Shown: positions 1-13,767 of the stretch, piece by piece
Position numbering within the stretch: the first letter of the stretch is position 1
Layout of the letters: each line of letters opens with the position of its first letter
The notes under the pieces: generated by a model
What the model was told of the DNA's origin: nothing
What the model saw: only the letters and a program-made list of their open reading frames with translations
Database searches by the model: none
Translations under genes and position numbers: made by a program
From: Octopus sinensis
Lineage: Eukaryota
Direction: 5' to 3'
Assembly (NCBI RefSeq): GCF_006345805.1
Contig: NC_043015.1
Span: 15,190,001-15,254,000, forward strand
DNA length: 64,000 nucleotides

Positions 1-338
1 CCCTTAACTCTAGATCTGCGCTTTCCTACCACTTGAGTTTGTTTAAATTTAGGTTGTTTGTACATGTTGTCGTCAGGTGGGGTGTAACTACGTGTGTGAG
101 GGCCGAGTAGAAAGGTATGTAATTGTATGATAGCACACATTTTGGTAAGTACAGGCTACCATACTTGAGGTGATGAGTCGAAAATAATTCTTTAATTAAT
201 CGAAACTGTAACTCTAATGAGGTAAAAAGTTATTAAGGTTAAGGAAAATTTATTCTCAGACGGAGTTAGATGGAGAATTCCCGAAATTCAATCAGCTAAA
301 AATTAATTTCAGTGGAAATATGCAGAGAGGTAAGGGAG

Positions 339-459
<121 letters not shown>

Positions 460-499
460 AACTTGTGACACACCGGCGCGTACGTGTGTGTAGGGTGTG

Positions 500-712
500 G
501 GTGTTTGACCCCCACCACTGCTTGACAACCGATTTTTGAGTGTTTACATCCTCGTTATTTAGCGGTGCAGCAAAAGAGACCGATAAAATAAGTACCCAGC
601 TTAAAAAGAAAATAGGTGCTGGGGTCGATTAGTTCGACTACAATTCCTCAAGGTGGTGCCCCAGCAATGCCGCAATCTAATGACCAAAACAAGTAAAAGA
701 ATAAAAGAAAGA
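500..712 (+). mobile_element. SINE family A, 3' half
   Basis: cttgacaaccg...ggggtcgatt.gttcgacta...caagtaaaagaataaaaga body and tail, recurring many times in the window. Confidence 0.8.
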
Positions 713-1710
713 AGTTAAATTTCTGTCTAACCGCCGAATTCCCGAAGAGTGAACAACCGATTGTGGAAGGTAAAAGATCACTCAAGGGAAGAGTATATTG
801 TGAGAAACTTTCATGCTTTTGTAACTTGTCACCGATATTATATCTAGTTTCTAAGGTGAGCCACTGCAACTCTCTTGACTGATTATGGTAGTTTATTAGA
901 AGGCTCCCCCACTTTCATATACGCCAACTTCCTAAAATGGCTCATAAATCTACTCTAGGCCATTGTTTAACTGTTCAATCCTTGACTATCGTATTACAAA
1001 GATAAGAAAACAATTTACGTTTGCATATTAAACATGATACAGAAAACTTTATCCGTTCAGAGTGTCATGTACGTATATGATCATTGAGTTGACCTGCTGA
1101 GCGAATGACTCAACTACAAATAACTATGAGAAGAAAGAACAAGTTTCCAAAACATATAAAGTTATCTCTCAGTAATTGAGATTGTTTTCTTCTGTGCGAG
1201 TAACCGACTATACAAAACACTGCATATCTAAATAATACTAAAATTGAAATTCTTGTTTGTTTGATGTTAGATACGCATTATGGTGATAAAATGTTTCAAC
1301 TCATAAGCATAAAATCATGTACCTGAAAAAAATTGAAAAGAATTTGACTCTTAGAAGCCTAAAAATAAAAGAATTTTGTTTATTATCATAGCAACATTCA
1401 GCAAAAAATTGTCGCCATCCCTGACAACTAAGAAAGCTAAAAGAACGTGCGGAATCTCACAGATACTAACACAGGCATACTTATATGCAACTTGTAGACA
1501 AAGAGAAAATGCACATTGGATATAAAGATAAAGGCTTTTTTTTATATACAAAGTAACGATAAATAGATGATAATTCGATGAACTGAGGTAGAATTAAAAG
1601 GTATAGAAGTCATTATTTTGAATTGTTAAAGAGATTCAAAGTCATACCGGTACCATCAAACACTGTTCATCTAATTGTATATATCTATTGTTACTTTTCA
1701 TAAAAGTGGT

Positions 1711-2633
1711 CTCAGAAATTGTCTGACAGCCATGCCTGGGTTCTCCTGTTTGTGTGGCATGGCGCAGAGTCCTGTTGCCAGGCATAGGGTCTTCCAGCAA
1801 CCACCCTCTCGATCCAGGGCAGCACTACCTCCTCCAGGCACTTGATGTAGGCCTCCGTGTTGAGTTTGAGGCTATGTGGGAAAATGATTGGAAGCATAAC
1901 GTTACCATCTCCAGTGATAACCCCAAGCACCATGATGTTGAGTGAATGTTTGATTTTTATCACTTTCGGTACATGTTTTGAGGGCACGGCAAGCCAGCGG
2001 TTGTTCTGTGTGTTCACCATCTGATCTCGCCTGAGAAAAATCAAATCATGTTCGGTTGGAGGGCATGCTTGAGTTTGTTCAAAAGCTTAGTAGCTCGGTC
2101 TTTTCACTTGTCCTTGATGGCTTGGGATAAAAATTGTCCCTTTCTCATCTTGTATGAGAAATACCGAATGTCTTCATGCACTACCTGCCTGATAAGAAAC
2201 TCAGACACTTCCATGTCCGTGGTGATGGACCTGATTGACTGGGATGGATCATTGTCAATCATGGCCTGGATCTCACCAACAAATTCAGTTCTTTTCTTAT
2301 CAGAAAGATCAGAGTGAGTTTTCCGAGCTGTCATACCTTCGTAATTATCATTGGACTCATCCAACTCTTTCTGAATCTTCTGCACTGTCCTCAGATTGAC
2401 ACCCAAACACTCTGAAATGTTTGTATTGAAGCATCCGGCTCGAATGCCAAGCAGTACAACATGTCGTTTCCAAATTTGTGGCAGAGTGAATTGCGTCATG
2501 ATGTTGTTTTTCTCACAGAGAGTGCTCAACTGACCCTACTATACTGTGTAGTCGACGAAATCAGAAACAAACAAATGCGCATGAGCGAAATTAAAAATAT
2601 GAAATGGAGACAATTTACCCATCGCACCCAGTG
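1711..2633 (-). mobile_element. Tc1/mariner-superfamily transposon relic (maT/DD37D-like), 3'-truncated
   Basis: Minus ORFs 2104-2529 (HTH-like N-terminus) and 1712-2044 (KH..NIMVLGVITGDG, PYAWQQDSAPCHT); likely 5' terminus cactgggtgcgatgggtaaattgtc near 2633. Third catalytic Asp region missing, so the subfamily is inferred. Confidence 0.88.
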
Positions 2634-2644
2634 TGCATGTACGT

Positions 2645-2647
2645 ACA

Positions 2648-2714
<67 letters not shown>

Positions 2715-2809
2715 TACATACATACATACATACATACATACATACATACATACATACATACATACATACATACATACATACATACATACATACATACATA
2801 CATACATAC
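2645..2809. repeat. Compound (CA)n(CATA)n microsatellite
   Basis: Visible directly. Confidence 0.97.
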
Positions 2810-3131
2810 AAGCTCCAGCATTGCTAGAAATAAGAAAACACAACTCAATGGCCAACAAAAACACCAGCTTAATCAGATTTCCGTTGAGATCATACGCTGA
2901 TTTCAAAAACGGTAAAAGTTAAAATTATAAATATCATGGAAATATTATGGGTGGCTAATTCACAATTTTACAACCTAAACGCAAAAATATATACGTCACT
3001 AAGGTGAATAAGGGTATTAATGAACACCAGTGTTGCTAGAAATTAGAGTCAGCTGATTAAGATAGTGCTTTTGTTGACTATTGAGCTGTTTTGATCCTTA
3101 ATTTCTAGCAATACTGGTGCTGGTTAGTGCC

Positions 3132-3168
<37 letters not shown>

Positions 3169-3330
3169 ACAACTGTCGTCCACTCGGTTGAACAGATCTG
3201 CCTAGTCCCTGGAGTGTTTTTAGCTGAGTCCACTCAGTTTCGCGGATACTCCTTGCCTTCACTCCAACCAATCTCGGACGACCTGTAATAAGTTATAGGC
3301 ATGTCTTCTTTCTTAGCTCACACACACAGT

Positions 3331-3361
<31 letters not shown>

Positions 3362-3946
3362 GTACATACAATATATGTACAATATGTACATATAATGAGA
3401 CATATGCGCGTGTCTCTGTATTTATACAGATTCATACATTTTGAAAATCGAAACCAAATGACAGTTTTATCTTAGCGGGAGTCTCTCTACAATATTTGTA
3501 ATTTCTTAAATAATAGGGTTAAGTAAACACCCTCCTATTCGACACCAGCGGGACCGGAGCGCTGCCGGATAACTAAAGCTTCCTGATACCATATCATCAC
3601 GTTTTAAATTACCATAGCACTTTACAAAACTCATTAACACTTTATATATAGATCAGTATTATCGTTTATATAGTGAATATAGCAGAAATGAAATATGAAG
3701 AAATAAAAGCATAAATTAAGAACAAATTGTGTTAACTTAAGAAAATACTGGTACTATAAATGTTGTAAAAGAAAAATACTGCATGACCGCTGAAACCTAC
3801 AAGCTTTTTCATTCTCTATCGCTTTATTTTCTCTTATTCGTTTCTGTTGAAGAGCGTAGGCTCGAAACATAAAAGACTTTTTCATTTTCCCGAGCGTCAA
3901 ACTTAATTACACTCGCTTGTTGTTCATACACCTGTCTTTGTCTTTT

Positions 3947-3992
<46 letters not shown>

Positions 3993-3997
<5 letters not shown>

Positions 3998-4429
3998 CAA
4001 TGAAAAATTGTAAAAATGCAGAATGCTGGATTGAAAGAAAATTTTAATGAATTGAGAAAATGAAAAAAATATATAATATATATTTATTCAACCGGTTTTC
4101 GTCATAGTTTGACTTATCAAGAATAGTTAGGTGAAAAGGTTTTTTAAAAATGAGAAAGGGGATACACAACGAACTCACAATGTATCGGAGTACTTATTTT
4201 TTAATTTTTATACATATTTACTACTATTATTCTTTTGCAAAAAACAATGCAACTTTTTTTCCCCTTTCTCATTTTTAAAAAACCTTTTCACCTAAATATT
4301 CTTGATAAGTCAAACTATGACGAAAACCGGTTGAATAAATATATATTTATATATTTTTTCATTTTCTCAATTCATTAAAATTTTCTTTCAATCGAGCATT
4401 CTGCATTTTTACAATTTTTCATTGCTTAT
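3993..4429. mobile_element. Foldback element with ~169-bp inverted arms (Penelope pLTR-like)
   Basis: 3993-4161 is the near-perfect reverse complement of 4261-4429, with a ~99-bp spacer; each arm has a hammerhead-like motif. Confidence 0.85.
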
Positions 4430-4471
4430 CATTTCTCCACATGCGGTCAACACAACCCCACCATTTATTGA

Positions 4472-4532
<61 letters not shown>

Positions 4533-5019
4533 GGTGACAGATGAGATCTAGAGATTCTCCGTATAGAACACACTTAATAGTGCTGAAAAGATTCAGGCTT
4601 AGACTCCGATGTCTTTACAGGGGATCATTCCATAAGGTAAAGAAAGGCTATAAGAGGGATCAGATTGAGGCAATTATGCAGATAAACAAATTAGATACAT
4701 CAAATACATTAAATATATTAGGTTGGGTATGAAATGAGTGGTAAGAAGCTTTGGGGTCGATTTGTTCGACTAAAGGCGATGCTCCAGTATCACCTTTAAG
4801 AAAAAAGAATAAAAGAATATATATATATATATATTATATTCTTTTACTCGTTTCAGTCATTTGACAGCGGCCGTGCTGGAGCACTGCCTTTAGTCGAACA
4901 AATCGGCAAATATATATATATATATTATATATATATTATATATATATATATATATATACATATAATATATAATATATGTGTGTGTGTGTGTGTGGTGTGT
5001 GCGTGCGCGTGCGTGTGTG

Positions 5020-5235
5020 TATGTTTACCTCTCCCCGCTACCACTTGACAATCGGTGTTGGTGTGTTTACGTCCCCGTAACTTAGCGGTTCGGCAAAACC
5101 GACCGATAGAATGAGTATCAAGCTTTAAAAAACATATAAGTACTGGGGTCGATTCATTCGATTAAAAAATTTTCAAGGCGGTGCTCCAGCATGGCTGCAT
5201 TTTCACAACTGAAACAAGTAAAAGATAAAAGAAAA
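5020..5235 (+). mobile_element. SINE family A, 3' half
   Basis: Same body and tail as 500-712 and 20981-21413. Confidence 0.8.
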
Positions 5236-5589
5236 GATGCCGGCTGCTTCAGAGTTCCGGTTATTTGAGTATCAGATAAGCGAGGGAGTGGCGTAAATGG
5301 TTGAATCAATCTCAAGTGTACTTTTTTTTTTTTTTTTTTTTTTGGTAATATATAATGGACACAGATATGATTACATTGATGTCAATACCGCAGTATTTCA
5401 ACCCACATTGCAAATAACCGTAAGTAAATACTAGAAACCATTTACATCACCAGTCTACTGTTTCAGCAACTCAGCGTCACTCTCAATACTTTATTCTTTT
5501 ATTCTTTTACATGTTTCTTCCTTATGGCTGTGGCCACGCTGGAGCACCGCCTGTGTAATCATCTTTTCAGTGGTCAATCTTATGTGATT

Positions 5590-5930
5590 GGCTCTTTAGT
5601 GAAAGAAAGAGTTCGACACTGCTGCCCTCATTTGGGTCTCCTGCCTTGATAATGGTTTATCTGGGACCTTGGATAGCAGGAGGTCAAGTTATTCCTTGAA
5701 AACATCTAGGGTCTTTGAATCCCAAACTATTGCAGTACATGATCCTCACTCTAGACGGAACAGTGCAGGGACGTCGATACCAAAGTGTGGCGCCTGCTCT
5801 TCCAGGACCTTCCATACATACATCGCTGCATACCTCTTTAGATTGTGTTATCTGTATGTTTGTGTCTTATAAACCTAATTCAGATACAACACCAACTTTT
5901 CAGGCACTAATGGTCTGGAACCTCTAATAA
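5590..5930 (-). mobile_element. CR1-like LINE 3' end remnant
   Basis: Minus translation resembles a CR1-type ORF2 C-terminus (AMYVWKVLE..., DVFKE*LDLLLSKVPDKPLSRQETQMRAAVSNS). Confidence 0.6.
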
Positions 5931-6010
5931 TCCACTCTAATTTACGAGTAATTTACGCCGACGCCAGACTAATACCTTGCACAGTACTAATAAACTTGTA
6001 CCATTTATAC

Positions 6011-6241
6011 CAGTGGTTCTCAACCTGGGGATCCTTATAAGGTTTTGTTGTTCAAATTTATGTGCAATAAATTGATTATATGTCTACAATAAACAAACAT
6101 TTTTTATAATTTTTTAATATAATTTTTTATAATATTTAAGTATAATAGGATATTTTTAAACACTGAATAGCTATGAAGGTCCACCCGAGTAAAATAGGAG
6201 CCAAAGGGGGCCCATAAATAAAAAATGGTTGGGGACCACTG
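6011..6241. mobile_element. hAT-type MITE
   Basis: TIRs cagtggttctcaacc / ggttggggaccactg; perfect 8-bp TSD atttatac at 6003-6010 and 6242-6249. Confidence 0.92.
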
Positions 6242-7249
6242 ATTTATACTAATGTACAGGTGCCTATATTTCATTTTACTAATTCATTTAATTTAATATT
6301 TGCTTAATTTAGTGTGTTGACCAAAGTGACCACCCCTGCTCCGAATAATCAGTAACCTGGAAAGGATTTGGAATCAAAGGCTCCGGAGAATCGATGTTGT
6401 ACCAGTAATTGGTGTATTCACTATCTTATTAATTGTTGATATCTTCGGTTTCTTTTATATATATCTTATGTATTATTAGTCTTTATGCCATCATTACTGT
6501 TGATGTTGTCAGCATCTTCACTCTCATATAATGTTGTTTTCAATGTGCTAAACATTGTTGACAACTGTATGCCCTAAATGATTTTAGTATCTTCAGTATT
6601 TTTGTATCTTACATACTTCTGGTATACGTGCATCTCATATATATATTCTTGATGTCTGTGTGTCTTACATACCGTTGATATCTTGAGTATCTCATCCATC
6701 CATCCTTCCATCCATCCATCAATCCATCCATCCATCCATCCATCCATCCATCTATACATACATACATACATATACGTACACATACACACATACACAAATA
6801 CTGTTGGTCTCTCCCGTGTCTTCATTATCTTATATACTGTGAGTCAACAACAACAAAAAAATTGGCTTAATGATAACAAATATTAGTGTTCCACTACTAA
6901 TCCAAATATTGTTTCATCATTTTAATAGTTGCTACAGCGTTGTTATATTGCGCTGATGAGATTAACTTCTACTTATGGAAGCTGGAGAACCACTTAAAAG
7001 CTCAGATCTTCTTAAGATACATTTGAGCGTCAGTAGGAAAAATGTCAAGTCGTAAGTGTATATTGGAAATAGGAACAACTGAACCATCAGCAGTGATAGC
7101 AACTTTTAAACGTTATTTATCTTCTAAAGACCAACATCTACGCACCTATTATATCGTCTGGCTACACACTTCACATCTTCGAACGATCGTCTCATCACAT
7201 GACTCTCATCATTTGCACAACACTCTCCATCCTTTTACCTCTGCTACTT

Positions 7250-7760
7250 TAAACCACTTAACTGGTCAGAGTTCGCCCAGTTCTAACACTGACTGTGCCC
7301 TGGTAGCAAATATGGTTTACTCGCAACCTCTGCGAATCAGTTAAGCAGATGACTGATTCTACCTTCCAAGGTTATATCTCTTGGTATTTCTGACGTAATT
7401 AAAGTCCCAAAATGGTTCACCAGCAGCCACATCGCAGCACAAAATGCGATGGATACTGTTTCCATCACATAAAATCACCCGGCACCAACCATTAGAAGAC
7501 GTTTATCCGTTCACACAAATTCTTCCAGTAACCATTAGAAAAGTAAATAGAGTTTTTATGCAATTTCGACTGCTTCCAAATGCAGTAGCGCTTTCTGATC
7601 TGTTGTTCTTAATCAACTATGCAGAATTATCCAACCCACACATCCTCAGTCAAGATGTCTCAGTTGGCAGCACTCACCTAGGATAGTTTCCACATTTGCT
7701 GTTTTCCACGTCGCATACATTCAACAAAATTTATCTTAAACTCTCCTGTCCACTCTACCA
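7250..7760 (+). mobile_element. Highly degenerate CR1/L2-like LINE ORF2 fragment
   Basis: Weak motifs (PKWFT...; ..ELSNPHILS..) resembling the region before the RT core; many disruptions. Confidence 0.35.
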
Positions 7761-8511
7761 GTCTCACATTACATACATGCAAACTTAAAATGCGAAAAAT
7801 CTTCCAGTCACTCTAACTTCATATTTCTCATATTTTCTTCATATTTTCTGTGAAAAATTTTGTTAAAATTCTGGTGTTGTACAAGGTAAGCTGTCTTTTA
7901 ATAAATTTTAACAAAACCCTATTTTATACTCAAATGGCATTCTCCATTTACAAAATAAATTGCCTATTTATTTTATATGAATAAATTCTCTTTCTGAAGC
8001 AATTTTTTATTTCATGTAATGGCTTATTTTGATTTAATATTTAATTGAATTTGTCCTGAAAATTAAGGTGGCTGAAATTCTCCATAATTTATAATAAATA
8101 GGTTTCGAGATTCTTGGAAAGCTGCTTAAGGGTTTCGTGACAATACAAGTCTGGAAAACAGTGCTCTGATACGACAAACAATTCCGACTACATTTCTTCC
8201 ATTACATCTATCCAATGCATCTCATAACTAGATCCTTATCAAACTATCCGGTCTTTCTCTACAAGGATCAGTGTCAATATGTGTGTATGTGAGTGTGTGT
8301 GTGTATGTGTGTGTGTGCACACGTATATGTATGTCTGTGTATGTACACACTCACGCGCGCGCACACATATTTATATACATATTTCCCGTCTATGGAAACA
8401 CAGTATGCCCACCTCACCGATTGTAAGAAACTTCTCTGACCCTGCCAACTACTGGTATATTACTATAATTTCCAAAGAGAGCATCTACGTGTTCGCTTGA
8501 CTTGATAATAA

Positions 8512-8670
8512 TAGCAGCCAAATCCCCCTCAAATCAAAACCTTCTATCTTAGGAAGTAGCGCATAGGATAATGAAGTTCTGCAATGCTATATCTAGAGGA
8601 CGGGGTGCTCATGGCTGGAACGCATTTTATCATATTTCTGACCGATGACAGCTGATCTGGAGCTAAACTA
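8512..8670 (-). mobile_element. Dispersed repeat fragment (same family as 60800-60960)
   Basis: Reverse complement shares ttccagccatga and tttgag/aagg..atttggct motifs with 60800-60960. Confidence 0.5.
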
Positions 8671-9176
8671 CGACAAGATGGATAGATGCAGTGTCAATCA
8701 TCCACTTCTCTATATTTACTCTCCCACCCTCGGGTACTAAACGCAAGAATGTCGAACTCAAAAGATTTAAAACTCAGAAGGCCGAAAGTGTCAAAGACTG
8801 GACGCACAGAACGCAGAATTTTGAAATATTTTAGGGAAAAATAATGCAGAAACTGGTCATAAAAAACATTTATTTACAGTTTTTTAAGGTAATTTATTCG
8901 AAAAACATTTTGCTGTATTCTTAAAAAGGATATATGGAAATGGTTAGTTCGACAGGAGACCAAAACGAAGGTACCATGTTAGTGTTTGGTATTATACAAT
9001 TGCTATGTTTTTTCCTATCAGATTGCTTGATCACAAAGTAGTACGATATCAAGTACTTAACATAATCTTCAATAAGCTTTATACAAAGTATGACCGAGTA
9101 TGTCATAAATATGAGAAATGTTATGATCAAGTTATGACCAAATTCGCTTTGTGTCAAGGAATAACAAAATAATTTA

Positions 9177-9490
9177 GGCGTGGCTACGCGCATGCGTAGC
9201 TGTGTGGTAAGAAGCTTGCTTCCCAACCACATGGTTCCAGGCTGTCCCACTGCGTGGAAACTTGGCCAAATGTCGTCTACTATAGCTTTAGTTCGATCAA
9301 AGCTTTGTGAGTGGATTTGCTAGATGGAAACTGAAAGAAGTCCGTCGCATATGTGTATGTGTGCGTTGTTTGTCGCCTCACCTCCACTTGACAACTGGTG
9401 TTGATGTGTTTACACCCCCGTAACTTAGCGGTTCGGCAAAAGTGATTGATAGAATAAGTACCAGGCTTTAAAAAAATTCTTCAAGGCGAT
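9177..9490 (+). mobile_element. SINE family A (tRNA-like head plus body)
   Basis: gtgtggtaagaagcttgcttcccaaccacatggttcc head; a further partial head follows at ~9615-9785. Confidence 0.85.
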
Positions 9491-9809
9491 GACTGATGAC
9501 TATATCTAGCCATAACTGTGCACCAAGCATGACATATAGGCATTCTATCTAAGGCATTGAATCAAATCATGACCAAATACCAAAATAGGTTTTATATTAA
9601 GTCATCTTATATTAAGGTGTAGGCATGGTTGTATGGCGAGAAGTTTACTTCACAAACACATTGTTTCAGGTTCAGCCCCACTGTGTGGCATCTTGGACAG
9701 ATATTTTTTACTATAGCCCCGGGCCGACCAAAGTCCTGAAAGTGGGTTTCGTAGACAGAAACTAAAAGAAGTCCGTCGTGTGTGTATTATATATATATAT
9801 ATATACACT

Positions 9810-9852
<43 letters not shown>

Positions 9853-10201
9853 GCATACACGCATGTACACACATACAAAAAAATCAGTTATTAGTAGGTA
9901 TAGTACAATATTAGAGAGTGTATAAGAAGAGAAATGATAAGAGTAAAATCGAAGAAAGCAATAGAGTTTGAGCGGAGTACAGATTTGTAGAAATGAAATG
10001 GTATATGAAAGAAGAAATATATACATATATATGCATACATATATACACACACACACACACACACATATACATATATATATATATGCATACATATATACAC
10101 ACACACACACACACATATTTCGTGAAATATGTGTGTGTCTATGAGTATGTATGTATGTATGTATGTATGTATGTATGTATGTATGTATGTATGTATGTAT
10201 G

Positions 10202-10254
<53 letters not shown>

Positions 10255-10653
10255 ATATTTACATATACATAAATTTAGACCCTCTTCTAAACTCTCTGAT
10301 GATTTGGCACCTCAACTGTTTAAGATATTTAATTTTCTCTGCATTGAAACTTCATCAGTAATATTTGATAATATCTAACCCGTGTCTATTGGAAGTATTT
10401 GATCCGAGTTACGTGGTCATAACTTTTCTTTTTCCATTTATCCTACTTGTTTATTCTACTTGTTTATTCTACTTGTTTCAGTCCTTGGACTATGACTAGG
10501 TTAGTTTGAAAGGTTCTTAGTCGAGCAAATTAACTTAGTATTTTATTTCTGTTTTTTAAGTTTGGTACTTATTCTAGTCGCCAAATCGCTAAGTTAGAGA
10601 TATAAACAAATCACCACCGCGGACACAGACACAAACACATTCACAGATATGTA

Positions 10654-10687
<34 letters not shown>

Positions 10688-11133
10688 CATACATACATAC
10701 ATACGTACATACATATATACATATACTGTTTGTGTGTGTGTGTGTGTGAGAGAGAGAGTGTGTGTATATGGATGGATGTATATAGACGTATCTTTTGATC
10801 TGTCAGTCCTCGATCTTAATGAACATTGTTGATACAGGTGCCTCCACTATGTAGCTGCATGCAAGAGAAAGAACAAAGGAACAGAGACGGTTTTAAGCAA
10901 TATTTTCTATAAGAGTTTATTTAACTGCATGGCTGACATATTTACACACACACACACACACATATTTGAAAAAATAAATGGCTTTTCTGAGAATTTGTCC
11001 ACTTAAATAATTAGATGTTTATAAATAAACATCAAATTATTAAAGTGGAAAAATTCTCAGAAAAGCCATTTCTAGTCATTTTTTCAATATAATACTGTAC
11101 CAAGAAGTTTCTATTTCTTATTCTACTATACAT

Positions 11134-11169
<36 letters not shown>

Positions 11170-11309
11170 GCACTCACACACACACACGCGCACTCACACA
11201 CACACACGCGCACTCACACACACACACGAACACACACATATATGATAAATGTTTTGGAATAGCCATCTCTCATGACACAATAATTATCTTCTAATATTTT
11301 CTTAATTTT

Positions 11310-11710
11310 TCTTCCGTCAGCCCGCCGAGCGAAATGCCTGGTGGCATTTTGTCCGTCCTTGCGTTCTGAGTTCAAAAATCATCGAGGTCGACTTCGCCTT
11401 TTATCCTTTCGGGGTCGATAAAATAAGTACCAGTTGAGTACTGGGGTCGAAGTTATCGACTTACCTCCAGCCCCGAACTTGCTGACTCTGTGCCAAGATT
11501 TGAAATCAATATTTCCTTAATTGTTTCTTGTTAGCACGCTTAGCAGCATTTCGTCCGACTCTACGTTCTGAGGTCAAATTCCACCGAGGTTGACTTTGCC
11601 TTTCATCCTTCTGGGGTCGATAAAATATTACCAGTTGTGCACCGGGATCGATGTAATCGACTTGACTATTCCCCCAAAATGTTGGCATTAAGCAAAAATT
11701 TGAAACCAAT
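11310..11710 (+). mobile_element. Two tandem SINE family B copies
   Basis: Each has gttctgag.tcaaa..ccaccgagg.cgactt.gcctttcatcctt..ggggtcgataaaa and an ...aaatttgaaaccaat-type tail. Confidence 0.85.
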
Positions 11711-11899
11711 ATTTTCTTAATTTTTGGAATAATCCAGTACTTCATACAATAGAAGTGACCATTCTAATAATATTTTTTGTTTCAAAATGTCATGTTTTTC
11801 ACATTTTTGGTCCCTCCCCACCGCAACATGTTATGGCTGGGTTGCAGTGAATTGTTCCATTATTTTGTAGTTTTCTTGTGTTTCAAGCAACTCACATTA

Positions 11900-12475
11900 C
11901 AATATACTCCCACAAATTTTTGAGAGGTGTCTCTTCTAGCGAACTGCATCCGTGACATAGCTAGAACCGTATCCCAAACACTGGGGTTTCTATTAAGCAC
12001 CAGAAAATACATCAACCCTAAATAATCGTTGGTACTCTACAAAGTTCAAGTGATGCCCACAATGGAGTACTGCACCAACATCGTCGGAATGCATTTAGAG
12101 AACCATTTCACCGATTGCCAATAAAGCCACTCACTGACACGCCCCAGCCTGGGACCTGTCGGCGTACTACTATAATGGCCTGTCGCTACTATGATGGCCT
12201 CTGCTCCTCGGAGCTGGCTGGTCATGTACCTTCCATTCGTCTCGCTACTTCTTATCACTCCTGTTTTTGTGTCTAAGTCCCTCAGGCCCTCACAACTATC
12301 ACTACGCAGCCCCTGCCTCTCCAGAGCACTGCACCTCTGGAATCTTCTCTTTACCCATGTCTTCCATGCAAATGTTGACTTGCAACAGCTTCAACAGACC
12401 ATAAACGGCACCAAAGTGACTGATTTCGGAGGAGCTGCAAAGGTTGGGAGCCCTGCCACTTCCTCCAGATTTAGA
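11900..12475 (+). mobile_element. CR1/L2-like LINE RT C-terminal remnant
   Basis: Plus translation HIRDIARTVSQTLGFLLSTRKYINPK*SLVLYKVQVMPTMEYC ... RALHLWNLLFTHVF..NVDLQQ, typical of CR1/L2 ORF2 ends. Confidence 0.8.
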
Positions 12476-12621
12476 ATTACGAAATAAGGGACAACTATTT
12501 CAAAAGACTTTAAAATTTCATTTTGCAACTTTTTATATCCGCGAAGAAAGCCTGCATATGGTCTCTCGATCTGCTAAAAATAACAAACAAACCGTATTAC
12601 AAGAGTTTATTATTTTTTTTA

Positions 12622-13026
12622 TCTCTCATTCCTTTACTTGTTTCAATCGTTAAACTGCGGCCATACTGGAGTACCGCGTCGATCCCAGTATTTATTATTT
12701 TTTGTGAAGCCTAGATCTTATTCTATCGGTCCCTTTTGCTGAACGGCTAAGTTACGGAGACACCAACACAACACTGGTTATCAAGCTATGGTGGGGAAAA
12801 ACACAGACACAAAGATACGCACACACGTACCCACCCACTCCCATATGTGTGTGTGTGTGTGTGTGTGTATCCGACGTTCTTCTTTAAGTTTCTGTTTACC
12901 AAATCCACCCACAACACTTTAGCTTACTTGAGGCGATAGTAGAAGACACCTGCTCAAGGTATCACGCAGTGAGACTGAACTCGGAATCATGTGGTAGAAG
13001 CAGACTTCTTACCATACAGCCACGCC
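12622..13026 (-). mobile_element. SINE family A, near full length
   Basis: Reverse complement of head, body and tail, with internal (GT)n. Confidence 0.85.
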
Positions 13027-13767
13027 TGCGCTCTCAGGCGCGGCTGTGTGGTAAGAAGTTTTAAAATGCAATAAAACACGCATCATAAATCTATTGGGCA
13101 GATGGGCCGGAAATTTTTGAGAGTACCAAAAATGTTTGTTTATTATTTATTTTAGAAAAGTGATTTCATTTGTTTGAAATGCAAGAATATTAAGAAATGA
13201 AGAAAAATTCAACTCTGCCAACAGAAGGATTAGAGTGTGAGGAGGTTACACTGAAATTGGTAGAGGACCAAAACTGCGAAAAGGAATGGAACTTTGTATA
13301 AGGAACAGAGACCATTATAGTAGCGACGAGCCATTACAATAATACGCCCAAAGGTCAGAGGCTGCTGCGCGTCTGTGAGTGACGTTTTTTTTTTTACCCC
13401 TCAGTTGTTTGAAAGACAGGAATTCGGAAACAATAAATGAATAAAATAAAGGCCTGGATGTGTGGTTAAGAAGTTCGCTTTGTAGTTACGTGGTTTCGGG
13501 TTCAGTCCCACAGTGTGGCATCTTGGGCAAATGTCTTCTACTATTTTCTCGGGCTGACCAACACCTCGTGACGAAAACTGAGCGGAAGCTCGTCCTATAT
13601 GACTCAGTAGTTAGGGTGTTCGGCTCACGACAGTAAGGCAGCGAGTCTATTTCCTGGCGGTGCGCTGTATCCTTGAGCAAGACACTTTATTTCACGTTGC
13701 TCCAGCCCACCCAGCTTTATTTATATACTTTTGTTTTAACCATTGGTCTACCAGACAAAATGTATGT

